Part shown: positions 43,729 through 51,392 of the stretch, one piece after another
Numbering within the stretch: the first letter of the stretch is position 1
How the letters are laid out: each line of letters starts with the position of its first letter
Origin: Candidatus Falkowbacteria bacterium
GTDB lineage: Bacteria > Patescibacteriota > Patescibacteriia > Patescibacteriales > UBA12075
Reading direction: 5' to 3'
DNA: 64,000 bases
Assembly: GCA_003514005.1 (NCBI GenBank)
Contig: DOSJ01000006.1
Span: forward strand, 66,281 to 130,280
Made by a program: the position numbers and the translations under genes
The notes under the pieces: generated by a model
Seen by the model: only the letters and a program-made list of their open reading frames with translations
What the model was told of the DNA's origin: nothing
Databases searched by the model: none

Positions 43729-45302
43729 CGGCTTTTCGGCGTTACAAAAAACCCAAGATATTTTCCGAACATCAATCGTGTCTGTGAATCTAGGCCAGGG
43801 ATAGAGCCAAAAATTATAATGCTAATCGGCAGGACAATCCATTGCAACAGCATGCCGGCGTGCTTGAAAAAACCATATTTTTTTGGTTTTGGCGGTAAAA
43901 GGATTGTGGAAAGAATGGCGGAAAGAACAAGGCCGGACATAGCGATAATCATTAATGTTCTCGTAACAAAAGGCAGGTTTGTGGATAACACGGTGGAGTT
44001 GAAACGATCTCCGCCCAAGAGCATTGGCATCCAGCCGATTACGCCGATTATCAAGGCATTGGTTGCCCAAGAATGAAAACCGTAGAGTTGAACAAATATC
44101 CGGCTAATCACCTTTCCTTTTGGCATTTTTGACCAGCGGTCTTTGGCGTTAAAAATAAGATACGGAATATTTTCAACACCCCAGCCCCAGCGTCTTTGTT
44201 GTTTGTATAAATTCTTGGCAGTTTGCCAAGCAGTATTATCCATTGTTACATCCATGGACACCGGATAATAAAGCGGTTCCACCCGATAGTCGCCGTTATA
44301 GTAACAAAAGCAATGCCAAAATATTCGCGAGTCTTCACTTACCATTGTCTTTGACCACAATCCAACCTCAACCAAGGCGCGCCATGTCATAGAATGCGAT
44401 GAATAGGTCGCAAGCTTTTCTTGTCTGATCTGTTGCATCATCTGCCAAAAAGTATTGGAGCTCGCGGCTACGCGCGCAAAAAACGGCGCTTGCCAAACAT
44501 TGTTATGATAAACCGGAATCGGCTGATAGCTGGCGCGATATGGATTTTCTGTTGTCAAAAATCGGTATGTCAAACAATAAAAATAATCGGGATATATAAT
44601 AGTGTCTATATCAAAAACGCTTACTATTATTTTATCATAATCAATATTTTCCTTATCAATCAAATCTTTTTTTATCACTTCCGCGCCCCAAGACTGATTA
44701 GCGCCCTTACCTTTTAGCTCGCCGACCAATCCATCAGGATGAATAGTGATAATAAAATTGCGAAAATATTTTTCATATTCTTTCTTAACAATCTCTGCCC
44801 GTTCTTTCAACTCAACTCCGCCTCGTTCTTCGATAGACAAAAGAATAATCATATTGTCACTGGAATACGCGGAATCGGCAATCGCCTTTATGCTTGTTCT
44901 AATAACCTCCAAGCTTTCCAATGCGATTGGAAAAATTACCAAATGAATAATGTCATCAACGCTTAGATTTATCGATATAGTTTCCCCAGTTTCATGATCG
45001 GTTCGCGTAAGAGCTTGCGGTTTTAAATTTTTTAATTTTTCACGCCAATTAATTGCCGTATTTTCTTTTATTTTGTAATAAGACGAAATCAAATGTATAC
45101 CAAGATACACAACCAAAAGGAGCCAATAAACATCAAAAGCGATAATAAAAAATGCTACCCAAACTGGATAAATATAAGAAAAGATAAATAGTAAAAGCAA
45201 TGTTGACCATGATAAAACGCCTGGCAAAATTTCCAGTGCGCGATATAGCTTTCGGTCTCGTCCAGACAACTCACTAGCCTTTCCGATTTTTAAATAGTTC
45301 AT
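43725..45302 (-). CDS. processive family-2 glycosyltransferase, membrane-embedded (cellulose/chitin synthase-like)
   Basis: N- and C-terminal TM helices. D-containing motifs (VFDIDT) and a QxxRW-type motif (KQQRRWGWG). Confidence 0.75.
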   Translation of the reverse strand: MNYLKIGKASELSGRDRKLYRALEILPGVLSWSTLLLLFIFSYIYPVWVAFFIIAFDVYWLLLVVYLGIHLISSYYKIKENTAINWREKLKNLKPQALTRTDHETGETISINLSVDDIIHLVIFPIALESLEVIRTSIKAIADSAYSSDNMIILLSIEERGGVELKERAEIVKKEYEKYFRNFIITIHPDGLVGELKGKGANQSWGAEVIKKDLIDKENIDYDKIIVSVFDIDTIIYPDYFYCLTYRFLTTENPYRASYQPIPVYHNNVWQAPFFARVAASSNTFWQMMQQIRQEKLATYSSHSMTWRALVEVGLWSKTMVSEDSRIFWHCFCYYNGDYRVEPLYYPVSMDVTMDNTAWQTAKNLYKQQRRWGWGVENIPYLIFNAKDRWSKMPKGKVISRIFVQLYGFHSWATNALIIGVIGWMPMLLGGDRFNSTVLSTNLPFVTRTLMIIAMSGLVLSAILSTILLPPKPKKYGFFKHAGMLLQWIVLPISIIIFGSIPGLDSQTRLMFGKYLGFFVTPKSR

Positions 45303-45635
45303 ATATTCTAATACTCTGTAAATATTTTCTAAATGATTTTAAACTCTTATTAAAATTTTAATATTAATTTTCCTTTATTATTAGCAATAAATTTTATTTA
45401 CTATAACAAATTTCATTGTTTTCATTATAGCAGATTGATTATTTTTTACAAATTTTGGGGTTGTAGCCCAATTTAAAATGTTTAGCACTGATTCCTCAAT
45501 AAAAACCGTTTTTTTTTATTAGCAACTATTATCAACCGTAACTAGAATCAATACCTATTGCACCTCCCATACTCCTAAAACAATCCGAAGACGCTTACGC
45601 GCGTAGACCGCTTCCAAACTTTTTATTTAAACTCC

Positions 45636-45667
45636 AAAAAAAACGCCCCGGATTTTACTCCGAGGCG
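45636..45667 (-). terminator. intrinsic terminator of the 258-aa orphan gene
   Basis: Minus strand: cgcctcgg-agtaaaat-ccggggcg + T8. Confidence 0.7.
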
Positions 45668-45722
45668 GTTAATTCTAAAACTTTTGTCTAAAAGAACAAT
45701 TTTTGACACATGATTAACACCG

Positions 45723-46499
45723 CTAGTTGTGTTTTGCCATATGCTCTGCCATACCAATAAGGTAGGGGCCTAGTTTGCCGATGTGCTTAGCAAGATAGAT
45801 GTCGGAATCAGGAAAATCCAAATATTCGCTCATTCTGCCACCAGACATTAACATTACGCTGTACACGTCTTCTCTCTGGATCAACCCCAATGAATTGAGC
45901 AATACGCCATTTACGTTAAGGCGCGGAGTTAATGTAGTTCTATGACTGTTTCCGTCCCTTTCTATGGTAATAAAGGTTACGCCAAACTCAGAAGATTTAA
46001 ACATCAATCCCAGAACGACTTCTTTTTTGACCGAAACACCGATGACGATTGCACGAAGATGAATCGATCCGTACTGACTAAAAATCGATCCTCCTTCAGG
46101 CAATTCACAACCGCAACCCTGCCATTCAGGGATAATTGCCACAACCATTGAACCGCCAGCTCCTACACGGCTTGATATATCGTGGGGCATGTTTTCGGGA
46201 GTGGCCACTGTGACGCACTTTCCTTCCGTATCTCTTTTCGCCAGATTCATAATTCCAACCGCTATGGGCTTGATTGCCTCGGAAAACTCGCGGAGATGTT
46301 GACGATTAATCCAGTCATTCATCTCAGCTTCCGTAGTTTCTAAACCCTTGGATACAAGCGATTTCGCATACCAAGTGTCAGATCTTCCATCAGCTCTATT
46401 ACGAAAAGTTTTTTCAACATACTCATTCGTAGTTGATTTGAGTTGGTTATTATCAATTAGGTCCTGAAGAATCTCTACTGCAAGCTTTGTCTTTTCCAT
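45723..46499 (-). CDS. hypothetical 258-aa protein (orphan)
   Basis: ACAGGAGAG SD 6 nt upstream and its own terminator. No signal peptide and no family recognised. Confidence 0.6.
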   Translation of the reverse strand: MEKTKLAVEILQDLIDNNQLKSTTNEYVEKTFRNRADGRSDTWYAKSLVSKGLETTEAEMNDWINRQHLREFSEAIKPIAVGIMNLAKRDTEGKCVTVATPENMPHDISSRVGAGGSMVVAIIPEWQGCGCELPEGGSIFSQYGSIHLRAIVIGVSVKKEVVLGLMFKSSEFGVTFITIERDGNSHRTTLTPRLNVNGVLLNSLGLIQREDVYSVMLMSGGRMSEYLDFPDSDIYLAKHIGKLGPYLIGMAEHMAKHN

Positions 46500-46937
46500 T
46501 TTACTCTCCTGTGTTATAAGTTGTTATTGGGAAGATACTATAAACAAACCGACATCAAAATAATTAACTAATCAATTACTAAAATGTTAATTTGTTGCAA
46601 TTCATATTAAAATATAATGAGCTAAAACTAATTAAAAATTTTAGCACGAATACTATATTTTGTCAAATTTGCCCCCGATCAAGAACGTGTTTAGGATTTA
46701 TGATTGGAAGATTATTGAAGAAGAATTAATAATATTAAACATTTATATTTCTTGTCGCTAGTAGGGTCCGATCTTATTTTATTGATATTAATCTGTTTAT
46801 TTGAATTTCTGATTCGAAATAAAAAGCAGAAACGAAATTATAATACTTGAGTATATTTAAAATCAACTTAATTTAAAAAACAGAAAACCCACCTAATGAT
46901 ACAGTGAATTTACTGTTTTTTCTGGTGGGTTGTTTTT

Positions 46938-47237
46938 TTAACTTAATACGTTCTTTTTATAGTAACGTTGGTGGATATTCACAATAATCTGTGACATCTC
47001 GCTCAATTCCTCCTCAGTGCAAGGAACAGTTGTGGCACTTACAAACTCCAAAAAAATCTTAGCAAGATCAATTGGAGAATTTCCAAATCCCAATCCTAAA
47101 ACATTAACAGCTCTTACATTTCCAAATCCACTTGAAATACCTGTAATGGTGGTGGTTTGTGATGTGAGTTGCTCTGTATTTCCACCAGTTTCATCTTCTC
47201 CTATTTCAGATTTTTTAATAATAAGTTTTTTGTCCAC
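46938..47237 (-). CDS. hypothetical 99-aa protein (orphan), GTG start
   Basis: AAAGGAGGT SD with GGAGG 7 nt before the GTG. Gly-rich centre (ITGISSGFGNVRAVNVLGLGFGNSP). Terminator hairpin cccacc...ggtggg downstream. Confidence 0.55.
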   Translation of the reverse strand: MDKKLIIKKSEIGEDETGGNTEQLTSQTTTITGISSGFGNVRAVNVLGLGFGNSPIDLAKIFLEFVSATTVPCTEEELSEMSQIIVNIHQRYYKKNVLS

Positions 47238-47328
47238 GTAATACCTCCTTTGTAAGATTCATATTATTTTTGATAGCAAATTATGTATCAAAAAAGTATA
47301 GCATAAAGCTATACTTTTGTCAAGTCTG

Positions 47329-47399
47329 CTCGGGGATAGGGATTCGAACCCCAATAAACAGGACCAAAACCTGTTGTCCTACCATTAGACGATCCCCGA
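47329..47399 (-). tRNA. tRNA-Gln (TTG)
   Basis: Manual cloverleaf: TCGGGGA/TCCCCGA acceptor (U1-A72), anticodon stem ACAGG/CCTGT with loop TTTTGGT, T arm TGGGG-TTCGAAT-CCCTA, discriminator G. CCA not encoded. Confidence 0.85.
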
Positions 47400-47467
47400 A
47401 AAAATTTAACTAAACAAACAAAATACTAAAAAAACATATGTAGGACCCCTGCCTGCCGGCAGACAGG

Positions 47468-47502
47468 AAAACCTGTTGTCCTACCATTAGACGATCCCCG
47501 AA
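47468..47502 (-). pseudogene. tRNA-Gln 5'-half fragment (35-nt exact duplicate) fused to a GC palindrome
   Basis: aaaacctgttgtcctaccattagacgatccccgaa is identical to 47366-47400. It continues (tRNA sense) as cctgtctgccggcaggcagggg with no T arm. Confidence 0.8.
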
Positions 47503-47633
47503 TTTATCACGACAATAGCACTGCCATTTTTTCGTGACTTGTCACGAGAATGGCGCAGCCATTTTTTCGTGAATCAAAAACCACCAATCCGGCGGTTAAT
47601 GATATAATAGTATAAAAAAATATATTTGTAAAG

Positions 47634-47680
47634 CTATTTCAATCCTATTTCAATCCTATTTCAATCCTATTTCAATCCTA
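47634..47680 (+). repeat. tandem 11-bp repeat ctatttcaatc x4 (+cta), iteron-like
   Basis: Four perfect head-to-tail copies at 47634-47677. The 11-bp period is about one helical turn. Lies ~50 bp upstream of the PLD promoter -35. Confidence 0.9.
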
Positions 47681-47725
47681 AGAAAACTCGAGACAATTCA
47701 GCATAACTTATCCACTTTTTCGCTC

Positions 47726-47753
47726 TTGACACTTCTATATATTGTGATATAAT
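47726..47753 (+). promoter_or_regulatory. near-consensus sigma70 promoter of the PLD gene
   Basis: TTGACA, 16 nt spacer, TATAAT with an upstream tg (tgtgaTATAAT). Confidence 0.7.
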
Positions 47754-47773
47754 CAAATTATTCAATACTATAT

Positions 47774-47791
47774 ATAGTATTTTGCGAAAGA
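47774..47791. promoter_or_regulatory. perfect 18-bp palindrome aatactatatatagtatt (operator candidate)
   Basis: Self-complementary by inspection. Starts ~20 nt downstream of the -10. Confidence 0.55.
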
Positions 47792-47800
47792 ACGCTTATA

Positions 47801-47908
47801 AAGGCGTACTTAGGATCGCAGCTAATATGCTTTAGGCGCTATACCAAAATATACGCTTACAGAAATTAGCCTTTCTTAGGTATACTTTTATAAGCGTTTT
47901 ATGTTATT
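47801..47908 (+). promoter_or_regulatory. ~108-nt rod-like structured 5' leader of the PLD gene
   Basis: Nested pairings by hand: aacgcttataaa/tttataagcgtt (47801-12 with 47897-908), ggcgtacttagg with cttaggtatact (G-U rich), gctaat/attagc, gcg-tata/tatacgc. Ends 8 nt before the ATG. Confidence 0.5.
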
Positions 47909-47916
47909 ATGAATAT

Positions 47917-48978
47917 ATGAAAAACTATCAATTATTCACAGATAACGCTATTTTATATCAAGCAATGCTAGCTGATATTTTGCTTGCAAAAAAATCGATA
48001 TATCTGGAAACATATATTTATGGCAATGACGAGATCGGCCGCCAATTCCGAGACGCTTTAACAAAAAAAGCGCAGGAAGGTGTTGATGTCAAGATTATCA
48101 TTGATGATTTTGGAGCAGAAGTCAAAGAAGATTTTTTTCATGATTTAATAAAAGCCGGCGGAAAAATCAAATTCTTTTTTAAAATTATTTACTCATTCAA
48201 AATCCTAAGCAAAAACAACAACCGCAATCATCGCAAATTATTAATCATTGACGAAAACATAGTTTACTTAGGCTCATCCAATATTAAGCAAAAGCATATT
48301 GCCTGGCATGAAATGAATATTCGCCTTCAAGATGAAGTTGCGCAATACTTTGCAAGCGTATTTTTGGATAATTTTCAAATAGCGCACAAACACTCATTTT
48401 TAAAAAGATTCCACATCGCTCCAATCAGAAGCGGTTTGTTTGAAATAATCCGAGACGTGCCCTCGATTAAATTCAAAAAGATCCGAAAAAGAAAAATCGA
48501 ATTAATCAAACAGGCAAAAAAACAAATCCTTATCGAAACCCCATATTTTTTGCCTGACAAAAATTTTCGCAAAGCCCTCAAATCCGCGGTAAAAAGGAAT
48601 GTAGAGGTAATAATTATACTGCCAAAAAAATCTGATGTAAAAATGGTTGATTTAGTACGCAACCGCTATTTGGGCTTATTGCACAAAAACGGAATACAGA
48701 TATATTTTTATGATGCCAATTTTTTACATGGAAAGTTTTTGGTGATTGACGACAATTCATTCAGCCTCGGCTCCGCCAATATCAATTATCGCAGCCTGTA
48801 CATCGCATTTGAAATAAATCTATTCGGCTGGGACAAGAACATAATCAAGGATTTAAAAAACATTTTTTTTGAAGATTTAAAAAAATGTGAAATATTCAGC
48901 TATACAAAATGGGAAACAAGACCGATTATTCAAAAATGGGTTGAAAAATTATTAGGCAAGATTCGGAGTAATATGTAA
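47917..48978 (+). CDS. phospholipase D family protein (cardiolipin synthase/ClsB-like, two HKD motifs, no TM)
   Basis: HKD1 NHRKLLIIDENIVYLGSSNI and HKD2 LHGKFLVIDDNSFSLGSANINYRS. Confidence 0.85.
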   Translation: MKNYQLFTDNAILYQAMLADILLAKKSIYLETYIYGNDEIGRQFRDALTKKAQEGVDVKIIIDDFGAEVKEDFFHDLIKAGGKIKFFFKIIYSFKILSKNNNRNHRKLLIIDENIVYLGSSNIKQKHIAWHEMNIRLQDEVAQYFASVFLDNFQIAHKHSFLKRFHIAPIRSGLFEIIRDVPSIKFKKIRKRKIELIKQAKKQILIETPYFLPDKNFRKALKSAVKRNVEVIIILPKKSDVKMVDLVRNRYLGLLHKNGIQIYFYDANFLHGKFLVIDDNSFSLGSANINYRSLYIAFEINLFGWDKNIIKDLKNIFFEDLKKCEIFSYTKWETRPIIQKWVEKLLGKIRSNM

Positions 48979-49008
48979 AACCCCGCCTTTCGCGAAAGGC
49001 GGGGTTTT
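48977..49008 (+). terminator. intrinsic terminator
   Basis: aaaaccccgccttt-cgcg-aaaggcggggtttt. Confidence 0.85.
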
Positions 49009-49013
49009 AACTA

Positions 49014-49035
49014 TGTGCGCCCAACAGGATTCGGA
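49014..49035 (-). pseudogene. tRNA-Lys 3'-end fragment (22-nt exact duplicate)
   Basis: tgtgcgcccaacaggattcgga is identical to 49197-49218 (T arm 3' half + acceptor 3' strand + 3 nt of flank). Confidence 0.8.
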
Positions 49036-49198
49036 GGGCCGAGGCCCACACCATCATTAAACCATGTTTTTGCTAATAACTAAGTGTGATTGTAAATTAA
49101 TATTTTATTTTTTTATGTTATATTATCATACAGTGTCCTCAAATCTGTTGGACACACAAATATAAAAACCTTTCCATTCGGAAAGGTTTTTATATTTG

Positions 49199-49271
49199 TG
49201 CGCCCAACAGGATTCGGACCTGTGACCTTCTGCTTAAAAGGCAGCTGCTCTACCGGCTGAGCTATGGGCGC
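49199..49271 (-). tRNA. tRNA-Lys (TTT)
   Basis: Manual cloverleaf: GCGCCCA/TGGGCGC acceptor, anticodon loop CTTTTAA, T arm ACAGG-TCCGAAT-CCTGT, discriminator A. CCA not encoded. Confidence 0.85.
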
Positions 49272-49415
49272 AAAACAAAAACTGCTAAAAAGCAGTAATT
49301 TTTACTTTATAGAAACACTATAGCACAAAATATATATTTTTGCAAGGGTTTACCAATATTATTATTTTTCCTTATTTATTGGGGAAAAAGTGGAAAACAA
49401 GTGCAAAAATACAGC

Positions 49416-49444
49416 TTGAAATATTAATCTTAGTCGTGTAGTAT
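49416..49444 (+). promoter_or_regulatory. promoter candidate abutting the dnaB start codon
   Basis: TTGAAA, 17 nt spacer, TAGTAT, immediately followed by ATGATTATGGCA. Confidence 0.45.
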
Positions 49445-50833
49445 ATGATTATGGCAAATAATGATATCAACGAAAAAATACCACCCCAAAACCTCGAGGC
49501 CGAGCAATCATTTCTCGGCTCTCTTATGATAGACAAAGAAGCAATCTACAAAGTAGCGGACATGATTTCAGAAAATGATTTTTATAAAAGCGCTCACAGT
49601 ATTTTATTTGAATGTATAAAAGATTTATACGCCCGGCATGAGCCAATCGATATTATTAGTTTAACCAATCGACTGGAAGAAAAAGGACAGCTTGAAGCAA
49701 TTGGCGGCAGATCATATCTGGCAACCATTTCAAACGCGACTGCCACTTCTTCCCATGTCGAGCATTATGCCGAAATCATTCAACGCAAAGCCACTCTGCG
49801 ACGCTTAATCAATACGGCATCAGAGATAACTCAGCTTGGTTTTCGCGAAGGCGAAGATATTGACAAGCTTTTGGACGAAGCTGAACAAAAACTTTTTGGC
49901 GTATCCCAAAAATATTTAAAAAACGTTTTTATACCAATCGACAAACTGCTTAACGATGCTTTTGAACGCATAGACGAGTTGCACAAACACAGCGGAACCA
50001 TGCGCGGCATTCCCACCGGATACGCTGAGCTGGACAATCTTCTTTCCGGATTACAGAGATCTGATCTTATCATTATTGCGGCTCGGCCCAGCGTTGGTAA
50101 AACCACTTTCGCTCTGGATGTTGCCAGACAAGTCGCGGTAAAAAGCAAAACTGCCGTAGGCATATTTTCACTCGAAATGAGTAAGGAACAGCTAGTCGAC
50201 CGCATGCTTTGCGCCCAAGCCAATGTTAGTCTCTGGCGCATGCGCTCCGGAAAATTATCCGACAAAGACACTGACAACGATTTTACGCGCATCGGCGAGG
50301 CAATGGGTCAGCTATCCGAAGCGCCGATTTATATTGATGACTCCCCCAACTGCTCGATAATGGAGATTCGCACAAAAGCGCGGCGCTTGCAGATCGAGAA
50401 AAATCTCGGGGTACTTATGATAGATTATTTACAACTAATGGAAGGCCGTGGTAAATACGGCGACAACCGTGTGCAAGAAGTTGCAGAAATCACTCGCGGC
50501 CTCAAAGGTATAGCGCGCGAGCTTAATATTCCTGTCATCGCTTTGTCACAGCTGGCGCGCGCGGTCGAGCAGTCAAAACCGGCTATTCCAAAGCTATCCC
50601 ACCTGCGCGAATCCGGATCGATTGAGCAAGACGCGGACATTGTTATGTTTATTTACCGCAAAGCCGCGGACAGGAACTACAACCGCGAAGATCTTTCGCC
50701 GGAAGAACGGCACAAAGCCGAAGTGTTTATCGCCAAACACAGAAACGGCCCCACCGGAAAAGCTGATTTCTTTTTTGATGAAGAAACCGTTAGCTTTAAA
50801 AACATTGATAAATCTTATTCAGAAAACTACTAA
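49445..50833 (+). CDS. dnaB: replicative DNA helicase DnaB
   Basis: PPQNLEAEQSFLGSLM N-domain, Walker A ARPSVGKTTFAL, and the RecA-like core. The start may be the third codon (ATG at 49451). Confidence 0.95.
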   Translation: MIMANNDINEKIPPQNLEAEQSFLGSLMIDKEAIYKVADMISENDFYKSAHSILFECIKDLYARHEPIDIISLTNRLEEKGQLEAIGGRSYLATISNATATSSHVEHYAEIIQRKATLRRLINTASEITQLGFREGEDIDKLLDEAEQKLFGVSQKYLKNVFIPIDKLLNDAFERIDELHKHSGTMRGIPTGYAELDNLLSGLQRSDLIIIAARPSVGKTTFALDVARQVAVKSKTAVGIFSLEMSKEQLVDRMLCAQANVSLWRMRSGKLSDKDTDNDFTRIGEAMGQLSEAPIYIDDSPNCSIMEIRTKARRLQIEKNLGVLMIDYLQLMEGRGKYGDNRVQEVAEITRGLKGIARELNIPVIALSQLARAVEQSKPAIPKLSHLRESGSIEQDADIVMFIYRKAADRNYNREDLSPEERHKAEVFIAKHRNGPTGKADFFFDEETVSFKNIDKSYSENY

Positions 50834-50859
50834 ATAATACAAAGCGTTTTTACCTCAAA

Positions 50860-50962
50860 GTTTTCTTGCCTTTTATTTATTTTTATCGGGAGGCAGCATC
50901 TTTATTGTATTTTGTTATAAAGGCATTGCAAGGAGATAAAAATAAATAAAAGGCAAGAAAAC
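50860..50962 (+). ncRNA. 103-nt hairpin element, copy 2
   Basis: Arms gttttcttgccttttatttattttt / aaaaataaataaaaggcaagaaaac are perfectly complementary but differ from copy 1. Same core. Starts 27 nt after the dnaB stop and ends 41 nt before the ybaB ATG. Confidence 0.5.
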
Positions 50963-51003
50963 AGGTTGTTATAATAAAATATAATTTTTAAAACAATAAT
51001 ATT

Positions 51004-51279
51004 ATGTTCAACAAACTAAAACAAATCAAAGACCTGCGCAGTCAGGCAAAAACAATGCAAAACGCCCTTTCCGGCGAATCGGTTAATGTAAACAAAAACG
51101 GCGTAACTATTACTATGAACGGAAATATGGAAGTTACCAAAATAGAGATTACCAATGACTTATCAAAAGAAGAATTAGCAAAAATATTTACATCACTATT
51201 TAATGACGCGATAAAGCAAACTCAGCGCGTTATGGCTAAAAAAATGCAAGAAATGGGTGGATTTCCAAATTTATTTTAA
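51004..51279 (+). CDS. ybaB: nucleoid-associated protein YbaB/EbfC
   Basis: 91 aa, with the MQ..LS...V......GVTITMNGNMEV..I.I pattern, in the ybaB-recR gene pair. Confidence 0.85.
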   Translation: MFNKLKQIKDLRSQAKTMQNALSGESVNVNKNGVTITMNGNMEVTKIEITNDLSKEELAKIFTSLFNDAIKQTQRVMAKKMQEMGGFPNLF

Positions 51280-51285
51280 AATAGG

Positions 51286-51368
51286 TTGTAGCTAGTAGCT
51301 TTTAGCGTTTAGCAGAGCTGAATTATTAATAGTCATTTCAGCTACTAGCTACTGGCTAAACGCTACAA
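51286..51368. repeat. hairpin of 7-nt NNtagc / gctaNN words between ybaB and recR
   Basis: ttgtagc tagtagc ttttagc gtttagc agagctgaa ... ttcagct actagct actggct aaacgct acaa. Arms pair in more than one register. Confidence 0.75.
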
Positions 51369-51392
51369 GCTAATACCTAATATTTTAATGTC

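Noticed and set aside
47634-47680. Possible CRISPR array
   Set aside because: The units are 11 bp and directly abutting with no spacers, and no cas genes are present. It is a simple tandem repeat.
47700-47725. Chromosomal replication origin (DnaA-box-like ttatccact near iterons and AT-rich DNA, with dnaB and parB in the window)
   Set aside because: There is only one imperfect DnaA box here. A perfect one at 43979-43987 is inside a coding region. There is no dnaA/dnaN neighbourhood and no box cluster.
47329-49271. Intact prophage or integrative element at the tRNA fragments
   Set aside because: No integrase, excisionase, or phage or conjugation genes lie between or near the repeats. Only a single PLD gene is enclosed, so at most this is a decayed islet.
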